A stretch of 64,000 bases of DNA from assembly GCA_902373375.1 (NCBI GenBank), contig CABKMA010000001.1, positions 862 through 64,861 of the forward strand, read 5' to 3'. Below are positions 43,826-52,703 of the stretch, piece by piece. The notes under the pieces are model-generated. The model saw only the letters and a program-made list of their open reading frames with translations. It was not told the origin of the DNA and made no database searches. Position numbers and translations under genes: made by a program. This DNA is from an uncultured Atopobium sp. Lineage in GTDB: Bacteria > Actinomycetota > Coriobacteriia > Coriobacteriales > Atopobiaceae. Numbering within the stretch: the stretch's first letter is position 1; each line of letters opens with the position of its first letter.

Positions 43826-44098
43826 TTACCTACTCTCTGTTTCTATTTGGTTAATCCAATGGATCATGACTGCCGCGGATGCAACCGCGACTAAGAATGC
43901 AGGCGCAAAGCCGAACTTCCACATCAGCCACAAGATAATGAGCGGCGTAACACCGCACAAGCTCATGGCCACAAACAGCTGCGGGATGAACCTCTTTGCC
44001 TTACCTGCTAAAATAGAGAGGTCAAACGTCCGGGATGGTTTGTTTGACCCGCTCCTGCGACTCTGCAAAGTCGTGGGAGCACTTTTAATTACTTTCAA
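43826..44098 (-). CDS. Small phage membrane protein (two C-terminal hydrophobic segments)
   Basis: ORF track; TTG start uncertain. Confidence 0.5.
   Translation of the reverse strand: MKVIKSAPTTLQSRRSGSNKPSRTFDLSILAGKAKRFIPQLFVAMSLCGVTPLIILWLMWKFGFAPAFLVAVASAAVMIHWINQIETESR
44020..44087 (+). ncRNA. Candidate cis-antisense sRNA in the early operon
   Basis: TGcTAAAAT at 44006-14, 8-bp hairpin, 12-bp hairpin plus U-tract. Confidence 0.45.
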
Positions 44099-44101
44099 CT
44101 C

Positions 44102-44302
44102 TTAAACCTCCATTTCTTTCATCCATTTAAGAAGTTCAACCTTCTTAATACGGCGGCCACGAACGTAACCATGTGGCATTAATGACGAAAGCTCTCCGCG
44201 CTTGATAGCTGTTTGAATAACAGCACGCGAAAACCCTGAAATCGTCGAAGCTTCAGCGATTGAAACCGTTAACTTTTCAGGCATCTCTGTTGTTGGTGTC
44301 AT
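44102..44302 (-). CDS. Excisionase-like HTH protein
   Basis: VSIAEAS..SG.SR..I..AIKRGEL...RRI....L.KW; GAGGAGG RBS. Confidence 0.7.
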   Translation of the reverse strand: MTPTTEMPEKLTVSIAEASTISGFSRAVIQTAIKRGELSSLMPHGYVRGRRIKKVELLKWMKEMEV

Positions 44303-44563
44303 GTAACCTCCTCGCTCATGCAGGAAATAATTACTCGCATAGAAAAAAGCGTCTATGCACGCTCTTCACGCTTAGCGTGGCGAACTGTTAGGTTCTACAT
44401 GGTTATCACTGCGACCATGCAACGCTACTGGCAACCATTGGCCATTCACTTTATTTCAACAGGTACTCACCAACTCAAGGCTCGAGCAAGTGTTGTTGTT
44501 TTCCCTGTAACGTTTTACGTCTATCCGGTTTTCAAGGTTCAACAATCAAGTCGTGCGTAGTGC

Positions 44564-44773
44564 TTAGTGCTTTACTGGCTGCTCATCGATGATGTCGTCG
44601 AGCGAGCATCCAATCGCATTGCAGATTGCAAGCAAGGTTTGCAATCTGGAATTCTGCTGCTGACCGCTCTCGATGCTCAGGATTGTGTTTTCCGTTACTC
44701 CGCTCTCATACGAGATCTGACGCAGCGTCTTACCGCTTGATTTACGTAACTCGCGCAGCTTCTGTCCGTCCAT
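44564..44773 (-). CDS. Cro-like XRE HTH regulator
   Basis: LRELRK...TL.QIS..SGV...TI.SIESG...L.AICNAIGCSLDDI; divergent from cI. Confidence 0.85.
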   Translation of the reverse strand: MDGQKLRELRKSSGKTLRQISYESGVTENTILSIESGQQQNSRLQTLLAICNAIGCSLDDIIDEQPVKH

Positions 44774-44790
44774 GTTTTCACCTCCTTGGA

Positions 44791-44879
44791 TACACGGTGA
44801 CCTTGTAGCATCTGTATATAAAAACTTATATACACGCTAACCGTGTACTATTTATAATAAGTAACCGTGTACTTGTCAA
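44791..44879 (-). promoter_or_regulatory. Lytic promoter with overlapping operator repeats (genetic switch)
   Basis: TTGACA (44879-74), 17 nt, TATAAA (44856-51); TAACCGTGTACT at 44838 and 44862, inverted TACACGGT at 44791; palindrome TGTATATAA/TTATATACA at 44813-34. Confidence 0.75.
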
Positions 44880-44940
44880 GTATATTTTTATATAAAATAA
44901 TTAGTAAGCGAGTATTTTTTCAGAAGGGGCAGGTTAAGAT

Positions 44941-45597
44941 ATGCTTTACGAGTTAAAAAATCTCCGCAAAGCGAGTGGTTTTACTCAAGCAAGCATGGCC
45001 GAAAAACTTGGAGTGCCGCTTGGAACATATAGAAACTGGGAGCAGGGAATATATGCTCCACAAGACATATCGCTCATTAAACAGATTGCTGACATCCTCC
45101 ATGTAAGCATGGAAGCACTGTTTGGATACGATGCCTTTGAGCCTGGAGCACTTGATGAAGGACTAAGTGACGAAGAGCAATTCGTCTATGTCCCTCTCTA
45201 TGGTCGAATTGCAGCTGGCCAGCCACTATATATGGACGCAGTCGAAGACCACATTCTTGCACCACGTGAAATTCGCCGCCGCCACCCTAACGCGTTCTTC
45301 TTGACCGTTGACGGCGAGAGCATGAACAATGTCCTGCCAAACGGGTGCTACGCCTTAGTAGATCCGGAGAAGAAGTCTCCCGTAGTGGATGGAACGGCGT
45401 ATGCGGTCTGTGTGAATGGCTACGACGCGACTATCAAGCGCATCAAGCAGCTAGAGAATGGCGTAGAGCTTATCCCAGACTCTAAAGACCCTACCTTCCA
45501 CGCTCAGATCTACGATAAGACGGTGGAAGGCACGGAAAGTATTACCATCATCGGTGAAGTGGTGTGGTATTCCATACCATTTGATTTCAAGATTTAG
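44941..45597 (+). CDS. CI/LexA-like repressor (XRE HTH + S24 autopeptidase)
   Basis: N-terminal HTH, GRIAAG cleavage site, VDGESM (Ser) and ATIKR (Lys). Confidence 0.92.
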   Translation: MLYELKNLRKASGFTQASMAEKLGVPLGTYRNWEQGIYAPQDISLIKQIADILHVSMEALFGYDAFEPGALDEGLSDEEQFVYVPLYGRIAAGQPLYMDAVEDHILAPREIRRRHPNAFFLTVDGESMNNVLPNGCYALVDPEKKSPVVDGTAYAVCVNGYDATIKRIKQLENGVELIPDSKDPTFHAQIYDKTVEGTESITIIGEVVWYSIPFDFKI

Positions 45598-45608
45598 AGG
45601 ACTGTACC

Positions 45609-46298
45609 ATGCTCTTTAAGAAGCAAGAAAAAACTTTGGATGAAATGTTTTGGCATGAAGAAGATTTACGCCTACAAGAACGAATTGCTAACCTCCCTAA
45701 GAGAGAGAAGCTTTTCTTCAATGCTGACATACCTTTATTTCCGTTCAAAAAAGCTGAATATGTAGGTACACAATCCTTCGTAGCTGAAGAAGATAGTTCT
45801 GTCAGATATTTGTTTTATGCAGATCAGACTGTAATAAATGATTTATATCAAATAATCAATTCGTTATGTCGAATGATTGATACAGTTACACAACCAACTG
45901 TCGTTCGATTTGATTATTCCAATATACGTGCAGTAAATGATATTTATTCAGTGCTGCCAGAGCATTATGCGTGGATGTATTTGAATCCATTAACCAATAC
46001 TGGAAAACAACCTAAATACTTTGCCACTATTGAATTAAAAGCTGGACTTGAACAGCCAAGACATATGACCAGCAAGGAACTCGACGAGTTTCTAAAGTTA
46101 CATCCATCGTCAGAGCAATCATTCGCAAAACTTGATTATTTAGTTGATGGAAGATTAGGAAAAGCGCAACTTAGTATGTGGTCAAAACCATACTTTTATG
46201 TAGCTTATTACAAGTTAATTGCTGGAGAGTTATCACTTTCAAAACTCACAAGGACAGGAGATAGTGGAAAAACAGAAATACTATTTAGGTCAGAGTAA
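45609..46298 (+). CDS. AT-rich hypothetical protein in the lysogeny module
   Basis: 229-aa ORF with GAGG RBS, 11 nt after cI; no motif recognised. Confidence 0.7.
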   Translation: MLFKKQEKTLDEMFWHEEDLRLQERIANLPKREKLFFNADIPLFPFKKAEYVGTQSFVAEEDSSVRYLFYADQTVINDLYQIINSLCRMIDTVTQPTVVRFDYSNIRAVNDIYSVLPEHYAWMYLNPLTNTGKQPKYFATIELKAGLEQPRHMTSKELDEFLKLHPSSEQSFAKLDYLVDGRLGKAQLSMWSKPYFYVAYYKLIAGELSLSKLTRTGDSGKTEILFRSE

Positions 46299-46336
46299 AG
46301 AAAAGCTCCCTGCGTCCGCCAAGACAAACAGGGAGC
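46297..46336 (-). terminator. Hairpin upstream of integrase; terminator on the minus strand
   Basis: GCTCCCTG (46305-12)/CAGGGAGC (46329-36) with A-tract on the left. Confidence 0.55.
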
Positions 46337-46378
46337 AACTTCCACGAAATGAGCGATAGCGAGGAAGGTATATACATT

Positions 46379-47527
46379 ATGCCACGAAAAGCGATGCGCA
46401 GTAACTGGGGCAGCGTAACTGAAATCGAAAAGAATAAACGCTACCGGATTCGGTATTGGTCGGAAACGTCCAAGGGGTATCGCCGCGCGTCTGAGACGGT
46501 ACGCGGTACTAAGCGCCAAGCATACGACAGATTGGCCGAGCTTCGGCTCAACCACTCAGAAGATGCACCGGCGCCCACGTTTGGCCAAGTATGGGATATG
46601 TGGGTGCTTCCACGTCTAGAAGAACGCCGCGTGTCTGGTGACATCTCAGCGTCAACCATAGACGTATATAAGCGCACCTGGCGTCTCGTGTTTACAGATC
46701 ATAGACGCGACAAGAACCCCGTTAATACAGTTCGCCCGTTGGTCGTCCAGTCGTGGTTTGATGAGATGACCGTCACCCATGCGAGGGAAGCGAAGGTTAT
46801 TCTCAGGCTTATATATTCAGAGTGCGAGCTCCGCGATATCTGTTCCGCTGATATTGCTAGACGCCCCTACCACATGCCGAAGAATGGCCAAAAGCGCGAA
46901 AACGGTATCTGGACGCTTAAAGAACTACACGAGCTTTATGGATCTATCCGTGGCACATACTTAGAGGCTTGGTTTATCGCGGCGGCCTTCGGTGGCGCGC
47001 GCGTTGGTGAAACGTTGGCCATTAGAAACGATGAAATTGAGCTGGTCGAGTTCAACGGTGTTCCCGTGGCCATCATTCCGATTACTCGGCAGATGACGCA
47101 AAAATACGGCCTCTCTAGCCGCCTAAAGACCACGCAAAGCGTTCACGCGTCTGTTGTTCCAGGACCTCTCGGAGCGCGTCTCTATGAGCTTGTACAAGCG
47201 TCTGAAGATGAATGGATACTGCAAGGGCCAGACGACGTGCCAATGACCCAGAAGCGTTTGTTTGATGTATGGCAATCGTTAGTAAAGCAAGTGGACGGCG
47301 TTCCCTATCGTCCAGCGAGCCGCCTGCGTAATTCCTGGCAAACGTTCACTAACTGGGAGCTTGGCGTCGAGCGCGAGAAGATTGAGCGCATGATGGGCCA
47401 TAAAGGCACGAGCGTCACAGAGGTTCACTACGATAAACCAGAAGCGGAAATGCTCGCGAAGACCATCGCCGTCGCATACAAAGCGCATCCATATGCAGAT
47501 AATTGGGACGAATTGGGACGGAAATAA
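46379..47527 (+). CDS. Tyrosine integrase
   Basis: N-terminal arm-binding region, GARVGE (R), LKT (K), SRLRN, MMGH, EVHY (Y); start MPRKAM after GAGGAAGG. Confidence 0.88.
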   Translation: MPRKAMRSNWGSVTEIEKNKRYRIRYWSETSKGYRRASETVRGTKRQAYDRLAELRLNHSEDAPAPTFGQVWDMWVLPRLEERRVSGDISASTIDVYKRTWRLVFTDHRRDKNPVNTVRPLVVQSWFDEMTVTHAREAKVILRLIYSECELRDICSADIARRPYHMPKNGQKRENGIWTLKELHELYGSIRGTYLEAWFIAAAFGGARVGETLAIRNDEIELVEFNGVPVAIIPITRQMTQKYGLSSRLKTTQSVHASVVPGPLGARLYELVQASEDEWILQGPDDVPMTQKRLFDVWQSLVKQVDGVPYRPASRLRNSWQTFTNWELGVEREKIERMMGHKGTSVTEVHYDKPEAEMLAKTIAVAYKAHPYADNWDELGRK

Positions 47528-47560
47528 TATCTATATAGCTGTTTACCTGCGGAAATAATA
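47501..47560. repeat. Putative att arm/accessory sites
   Basis: AATTGGGACG x2 (47501-20); CGGAAATAATA at 47519 and 47550. Confidence 0.6.
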
Positions 47561-47573
47561 GATATGAATAGAC

Positions 47574-47585
47574 GCAGCTATTTTA
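47574..47585. repeat. att core, right copy (GCAGCTATTTTA)
   Basis: Identical to 15342-15353; 46 bp after the integrase stop. Confidence 0.85.
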
Positions 47586-47676
47586 CCCCGTCTCAAACAT
47601 AAAAGCTTGGCGAGAAACCCGCTCAACACAAATGCTCTTTACGTGACCGTTTGCTGCGTTATGACCAACCCCAGTC

Positions 47677-48918
47677 CTACGCATGCACCCCTTCTGCAAA
47701 GTAGCTCCTCTTTGGAAAGAGCTCCTGAGCTTCTGGGAAAAGTGCCTCGCAGGTAGCCACAAAGTAGTCATCAGTCATTGCAGAAATAAAATCAACAACA
47801 GTGCGATGCAAATCACTCTTCCAGTCATAGGTATGACCGTACCTAGAAAGATGCCTACTTACTGGCTCAATATGATGCTTAAAGATTGCAAGACTCTGAT
47901 CACCAGATTTAAGTGCTAACAACTCGTATTCGTACAACTTCTCAAACAAGTGCTTAATGTCCTCAGAGAAATCACCATTGGCCTCTGATGCGCCATAAAT
48001 CTTCTGGTAATTCTCGCGCTTTGCTCGTTTCATCTCTTTAAACGCCTCTTCAGAAAGAGAAATCTGAGGCTTACCAAAACTGTTCTGAACAATATCTGCA
48101 ACAAAAGCAGAGGTAGCCCATGCGTTATAGGCACCACCAAGGCCATCATCAAACGTTTCTTCTGTTGCGGCGCCTGCACGAAGCGCATCCTGCCTATCTT
48201 TTCCTACATATGCAATGATGTCGGAGATGCGCATAACGCAACCTTCGAGCGTCATAGGGCGCAGGTGTGCAATAGCCTGAGGGCCTCTCTCCCAGCAATC
48301 TTCTACCACCTTATCAAACTCATCAAAAGTAGAAAGATCACTCATTTGAAGTATCTGCTGCTCAAACTCGCCGTTGTGACAAATTACTCCATCAAGCGTC
48401 TGCAAAGAGAGGTTTCTTGCATAGAGGCCGTCAAGTACGCGCACACTTTGTACGTTGTGAAAAAACCAACGTCCCGTTTGCTCGTGATAAATATCATTGA
48501 GGAAATACTCCCCTGCATGACCAAAAGGAGTATGTCCTACGTCATGACCAAGAGCAATTGCCTCGATTAAATCAAGGTTGAGGCCAAGCGCACGTCCAAT
48601 ATCTTTAGCAACCCTACAAACAAGCTGCTCATGAAGGCCGCGGCGCGTAATGTCATCATGCGCACGGAATGAGAAAACCTGTGTTTTGCCGTTTAGCCTG
48701 TTATACGCAGGAGTATGCATGATTTTCTCGACATCTCGCATGAAAGCGGGACGTAAAAGTGATGCCTGATCATGGGTGGAATCTCGGCGAATGATATCTT
48801 CATTTTTGCACGCGTAAGGACTTAAGGTGCCCTTAGCTATTTGCTCAGCTACAAGGGCCTTCGTTTCTTCTGAAAGTTGCCCGGTCATATGAGGTGCAAA
48901 AGGATTAGTGATGTTCAT
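47677..48918 (-). CDS. dGTP triphosphohydrolase-like HD protein
   Basis: RL.GKTQVF, EAIALGHDVGHTPFGHAGE, D.IAY, DFISAMTD. Confidence 0.88.
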   Translation of the reverse strand: MNITNPFAPHMTGQLSEETKALVAEQIAKGTLSPYACKNEDIIRRDSTHDQASLLRPAFMRDVEKIMHTPAYNRLNGKTQVFSFRAHDDITRRGLHEQLVCRVAKDIGRALGLNLDLIEAIALGHDVGHTPFGHAGEYFLNDIYHEQTGRWFFHNVQSVRVLDGLYARNLSLQTLDGVICHNGEFEQQILQMSDLSTFDEFDKVVEDCWERGPQAIAHLRPMTLEGCVMRISDIIAYVGKDRQDALRAGAATEETFDDGLGGAYNAWATSAFVADIVQNSFGKPQISLSEEAFKEMKRAKRENYQKIYGASEANGDFSEDIKHLFEKLYEYELLALKSGDQSLAIFKHHIEPVSRHLSRYGHTYDWKSDLHRTVVDFISAMTDDYFVATCEALFPEAQELFPKRSYFAEGVHA

Positions 48919-49016
48919 GTGTATCCTCTCTAGATGTTTTTCACCTCTAGTGTAGAAGTTTCACCGGACAAAAACTCGTGTTGAATTTTGAGAGAGCTTC
49001 TAGGAAGGCTTGATGT

Positions 49017-50105
49017 CTAAAAAAGACTGTCCTGAGCTGGTTGTTTTAAGGCCTCAAGCAGGTTTTTTGCCAAAAGTGCAGCGCCCTTTGAATTTGGATG
49101 TACATCGTCAGCAAAATATTTCTTCTCCTGCGGCAACAGCTTTTCTCCAGAGATACACTGCAAACCAAACTTACCAGCAACTTCTCTAATTATTTGAGGA
49201 ACCTCGGCAAAACAAGAATAAGGGTGCGTGGGATACGTATCCTCAAAATAAGGCGTAGGCGTCAGAACCACCACGCGCGTATCTGCATACATCTGAGAAA
49301 TCTGCCAGAGCGAATTTTGAATATCGTACGTTACCTGTGACTTTGAGCATTTCTCGTATCGATAATTTGCTCCAAGTGCAACAATAACTAAAGAAGCATC
49401 CTCAACAAACGTATACGAGCCTGGCTGATAAACTTGTCCACCAATTCCCTGGTTAACCACCTCAAGCTTCATGCGCTTAGCAAGACAGCGTGACCAAGTT
49501 TTATCTGGGCGCTCCACAACAAAACCCTGCGCAATAGAATCGCCAAACACCACCAGCTTTTTCTTAGGCTCATCGGACGAGAAAAACGTGCCATTGCCAC
49601 GGAGATTTTTAACGGAAGCGCTCTGCAGGCAGGGCAGGTAAACACAAACGTGATGCGTGTCATTAAAACCTGGAAGTCTAGCAAGGTTATCTTCAGAGGT
49701 TTCTGTTTCTAGGTGCATAGAAAGTGTATGTTCGCCTGTATCATCCAGCGAGAAAATCTTACAAGGTTTACCATCAACCGTTACAAATACAGAGCTAAGT
49801 TTTTTAAGATACGCAGCTTTAAGTAACTGTAAAACAGACAAAGATCCCCTAAGAAGTTCGTCAATTTTTAGATCAAGCGCCACTTCTGAGCTGTCCGTGG
49901 TAAAGGAAACTAGAATATCTGAAGTACAAGCAGCCATCTGTTTAAAAAGACCGGGGTGCCAGGAAGAGCAAGAGCCAATGACTCTAAGTTGATTGGGTGA
50001 AATACGTAGTGGATGAACCCATCCGTGAGCAAGCTTTTCTGACCACGGAGCACCAAGTAAAAATTTAGATGCTGGAGAACTAATGCTCCACTCCCCAACT
50101 TCCAT
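49017..50105 (-). CDS. SGNH/GDSL hydrolase
   Basis: FGDSIAQG, NQGIGG, LGAN, DDVHP. Confidence 0.85.
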   Translation of the reverse strand: MEVGEWSISSPASKFLLGAPWSEKLAHGWVHPLRISPNQLRVIGSCSSWHPGLFKQMAACTSDILVSFTTDSSEVALDLKIDELLRGSLSVLQLLKAAYLKKLSSVFVTVDGKPCKIFSLDDTGEHTLSMHLETETSEDNLARLPGFNDTHHVCVYLPCLQSASVKNLRGNGTFFSSDEPKKKLVVFGDSIAQGFVVERPDKTWSRCLAKRMKLEVVNQGIGGQVYQPGSYTFVEDASLVIVALGANYRYEKCSKSQVTYDIQNSLWQISQMYADTRVVVLTPTPYFEDTYPTHPYSCFAEVPQIIREVAGKFGLQCISGEKLLPQEKKYFADDVHPNSKGAALLAKNLLEALKQPAQDSLF

Positions 50106-50222
50106 ACGCACCTCCAATCACAAGTCAAATTACTATAGTTATATACTACGAGGTTAAAAGACAGTATTACAATCTTTAGCAACAAATAAACTGCTCTTGT
50201 TGTCCATAAGGAGGCAACAGAT

Positions 50223-50504
50223 ATGTTTGGCGAGAAGATTTTTAATTTTTCAGAACCGATTTCTAGAAAAACAGTTCGTATTGTAACATTAATCAGTTTT
50301 CTGACTTATCAGGGAATGCGGCTACTGTGGAAACAAGGATTTATTCCACCATTGCTGTTTTTTCTAGTATTAATTCTGACTGAGATTATCGATTTTTATG
50401 TCTTTTTTAAAAGCGGTATCAAAAAATGGGTAAGAATTTTGTTCTTAGTTTTACTCATACTTGCGCTTATATTTGAGATAAGCCACATCATTTATTTTCT
50501 TTAA
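50223..50504 (+). CDS. Small AT-rich membrane protein
   Basis: AAGGAGG RBS; three hydrophobic segments. Confidence 0.6.
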   Translation: MFGEKIFNFSEPISRKTVRIVTLISFLTYQGMRLLWKQGFIPPLLFFLVLILTEIIDFYVFFKSGIKKWVRILFLVLLILALIFEISHIIYFL

Positions 50505-50513
50505 CCGGTGAAT

Positions 50514-50547
50514 AAAACCCTCTTCTGCCTGCATAGAAGAGGGTTTT
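50514..50547. terminator. Bidirectional terminator between convergent genes
   Basis: AAAACCCTCTTCT/AGAAGAGGGTTTT. Confidence 0.8.
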
Positions 50548-50573
50548 TCATACATCGTATATAACTTACTTAA

Positions 50574-51569
50574 TTACTCAACAGCAGGTACTTCTTCTGA
50601 AGTCTGTATCTCACCGGAATCGTCCTTCTTAGCCAGCTTCTTATCAAGCCAACCAGTAAATGCTGGAGCTACCAGTGCAGTGATGACTACTGCGGCTGCA
50701 AGCTGAGCATTTGCGTTTGCAACAATCTGAGTTGTATAGGTTGGATCAACGCTAGCAACCGCAGCAGGAGTAGTTGTTGCGGTACCTGCAATAGTTGCAC
50801 TTGCAAGGCTTGCCTTACCAGAGCCACCAAGAAGGCGCTCAACAAGCATGGTAAGAATACCCGTAATGATGCACAGAACTGCTAAGAGAATACCTGATGG
50901 ACCACCAATAATAAGATTCTCAACACTCATACCGCAGCCAAGCGCAAAACCAACAACGGCAATGCAAGGGTTAATACCAGGAACCAAAAGCCCTTTGATA
51001 AAAGGACTAAGGTTGCCAAAAACAACGCCAAGAACCAAAGGAAGCAACGTACCAATAAGCGCGGTAGGAGAAATTGCGGCAACGCCTGCTGCACCTAGGG
51101 CAATCATGGTAACCGCAGGACCTGCAACAAGGGACAAAACTGCAGCAGCACCCTGCTCATCAGGAGTTCCATACTCAGCAGTAATGCCAATGTACAAGGC
51201 AACATTACAGAAGGTAATGCCACCAATGATAGAAAGTGCATTAAGACCAAAGAAGTTATCGTCCATGAATTTAGCAACAAAGAGGCCAAAAGCTATAGCA
51301 ATGGCAAGCTTTGGAATAAGAACGGTGAGACCAGTCTTTAGAACCTTTGGAACCGTCTTAAGATCAATAGAAGCACCAACAAACAGCAAAACAATGCCAA
51401 CAATTGCAGGAGCGCCCTTAGCAACAGCTGTAGTAAAACTACCAATTTCTAGAACCTGCGGGAAAAAAGAGTGAAGCAGTAAGCCCACAGAAAGCGGATA
51501 AAGCATAATATCGCCAGGGAACCTGGGGACACCAATTTTACGAGTTGTCTTTTGCTGTTCAGCTGCCAT
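50574..51569 (-). CDS. kdgT: 2-keto-3-deoxygluconate permease family transporter
   Basis: PG..ML.PL..G.L...FFP....IGSFTTA, EYG, GPAVTMIALG, FALG, A.AQLAAAV. Confidence 0.75.
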   Translation of the reverse strand: MAAEQQKTTRKIGVPRFPGDIMLYPLSVGLLLHSFFPQVLEIGSFTTAVAKGAPAIVGIVLLFVGASIDLKTVPKVLKTGLTVLIPKLAIAIAFGLFVAKFMDDNFFGLNALSIIGGITFCNVALYIGITAEYGTPDEQGAAAVLSLVAGPAVTMIALGAAGVAAISPTALIGTLLPLVLGVVFGNLSPFIKGLLVPGINPCIAVVGFALGCGMSVENLIIGGPSGILLAVLCIITGILTMLVERLLGGSGKASLASATIAGTATTTPAAVASVDPTYTTQIVANANAQLAAAVVITALVAPAFTGWLDKKLAKKDDSGEIQTSEEVPAVE

Positions 51570-51674
51570 TATCAGCTCCTTTGCCCTCATTAGTCAAAAA
51601 ATAGTTGACCTACTTTATCAGCACAAAGAGACATTTTAAAAAAGCACTGTACAAATTAACCATTTGGCTACAAA

Positions 51675-51711
51675 CGCGAGAAGACCTTACAAACTGCAAG
51701 GTCTTCTCGCG
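51675..51711. terminator. 14-bp hairpin after the ABC operon
   Basis: CGCGAGAAGACCTT/AAGGTCTTCTCGCG. Confidence 0.65.
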
Positions 51712-51749
51712 AAATGGGTGTATTTGAGCCGTTAAAGATAACCTAGGAC

Positions 51750-52646
51750 TTAGATCTTGCCACCTTCGACGACCATAGTATTTGGATCTACTTCGTCACC
51801 GTAGATTGGAGCAAGCGTCTCTTCATAATCCTTATGGAAGAAGTTCTCTTCTGCAAGAGGGCCGGTAATCTCGTTGTTGATAAACTCCAACAGCGAGGAA
51901 TTACCCTTGTGAACTGCTGCAGCAATAGTATCGGAATCGCCCAGGTCATCAATGCCTACAACAAAGCCAGGGTTAGACTTGATCCATGCAAGTACCTCGG
52001 TATTATCGGTTGAGAACGCATCGCCGCGGCCGTCGAGCAGTGCGTTATACGCATCAGCGTAGCTATCAAATTTGACCAGCTCAACCTTAGGCGCATTCTT
52101 AGCAAACCAGACCTCAGCTGTAGTTCCCTTAGAAACAATAAGCTTCTTGCCGTCAAGCTGGGAAACATCGGTAATTGGCGCAGAAGCTGGAGAAACAACG
52201 CCCAGCTTAATCTTCATGTATGGTAGAGAGAAATCAACCTTCTCTTTACGGTCATCAGTTACCGTAAAGTTTGCCAACATGATATCTGCCTTGTTTGACT
52301 GCAAGAAAGGCACGCGGTTCTGTCCATCCGTGGAAATGTAGTTGATTTTAACGCCCATGTCTTTTGCAAGTCGCTCTGCAAAAACAATGTCATAGCCAGC
52401 ATATTTACCGTTTGCATCAACGTAACCAAAAGGAGCCTTGTCGCTGAATACGCCAATATTTACGGTACCAGCCTTCTTAATATCATCAAGGGTTCTAAAC
52501 TTTGAGTCTGCATCAGAAGATCCACCTTGAGCTCCATCAGAGTCCTTTTTCTTGCAAGCAGCCAGAAGAGCTGCAGCAGAAAGTGCGCTTGCACCAAGGA
52601 AAGCGCGGCGAGAAAGAGAAGTGGATGCATTTTCAAAGAAGTTCAT
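51750..52646 (-). CDS. Cysteine-type (CjaA-like) amino-acid ABC substrate-binding lipoprotein
   Basis: SRRAFL twin-Arg-like signal, LAAC lipobox, IGVFSDKAPFGYVD, LANFTVT..RKEKVDF.LPYMK. Confidence 0.8.
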   Translation of the reverse strand: MNFFENASTSLSRRAFLGASALSAAALLAACKKKDSDGAQGGSSDADSKFRTLDDIKKAGTVNIGVFSDKAPFGYVDANGKYAGYDIVFAERLAKDMGVKINYISTDGQNRVPFLQSNKADIMLANFTVTDDRKEKVDFSLPYMKIKLGVVSPASAPITDVSQLDGKKLIVSKGTTAEVWFAKNAPKVELVKFDSYADAYNALLDGRGDAFSTDNTEVLAWIKSNPGFVVGIDDLGDSDTIAAAVHKGNSSLLEFINNEITGPLAEENFFHKDYEETLAPIYGDEVDPNTMVVEGGKI

Positions 52647-52703
52647 TTTAAATCCTAACAAGTTGTATCTATTACTGCATTATGTACGTGTAAAACACGC
52701 TAT

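Larger units (their letters stand above)
15342..47585. mobile_element. Integrated temperate siphovirus-type prophage (~32.2 kb), apparently complete
   Basis: Integrase-repressor-replication-packaging-head-tail-lysis module order between host genes rarA and the HD protein; flanked by 12-bp direct repeats. Confidence 0.95.

Noticed and set aside
44005..44016. 12-bp inverted match (CTGCTAAAATAG) to 15346-15357 as a secondary att or inversion site
   Set aside because: Overlaps only part of the core and is explained by both being extended -10 elements
44318..44560. 80-aa plus-strand ORF between the xis-like gene and cro
   Set aside because: No SD, no recognisable motif, antisense to the early transcript; more likely a shadow of a regulatory leader, though not excluded
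47677..48918. dGTPase as a phage-borne nucleotide-depletion defence gene
   Set aside because: Lies outside the right att site, in host context with host-like composition; housekeeping role more likely
50130..50510. AT-rich membrane gene as a mobile island
   Set aside because: No flanking repeats, transposase or integrase seen; single small gene with a shared terminator
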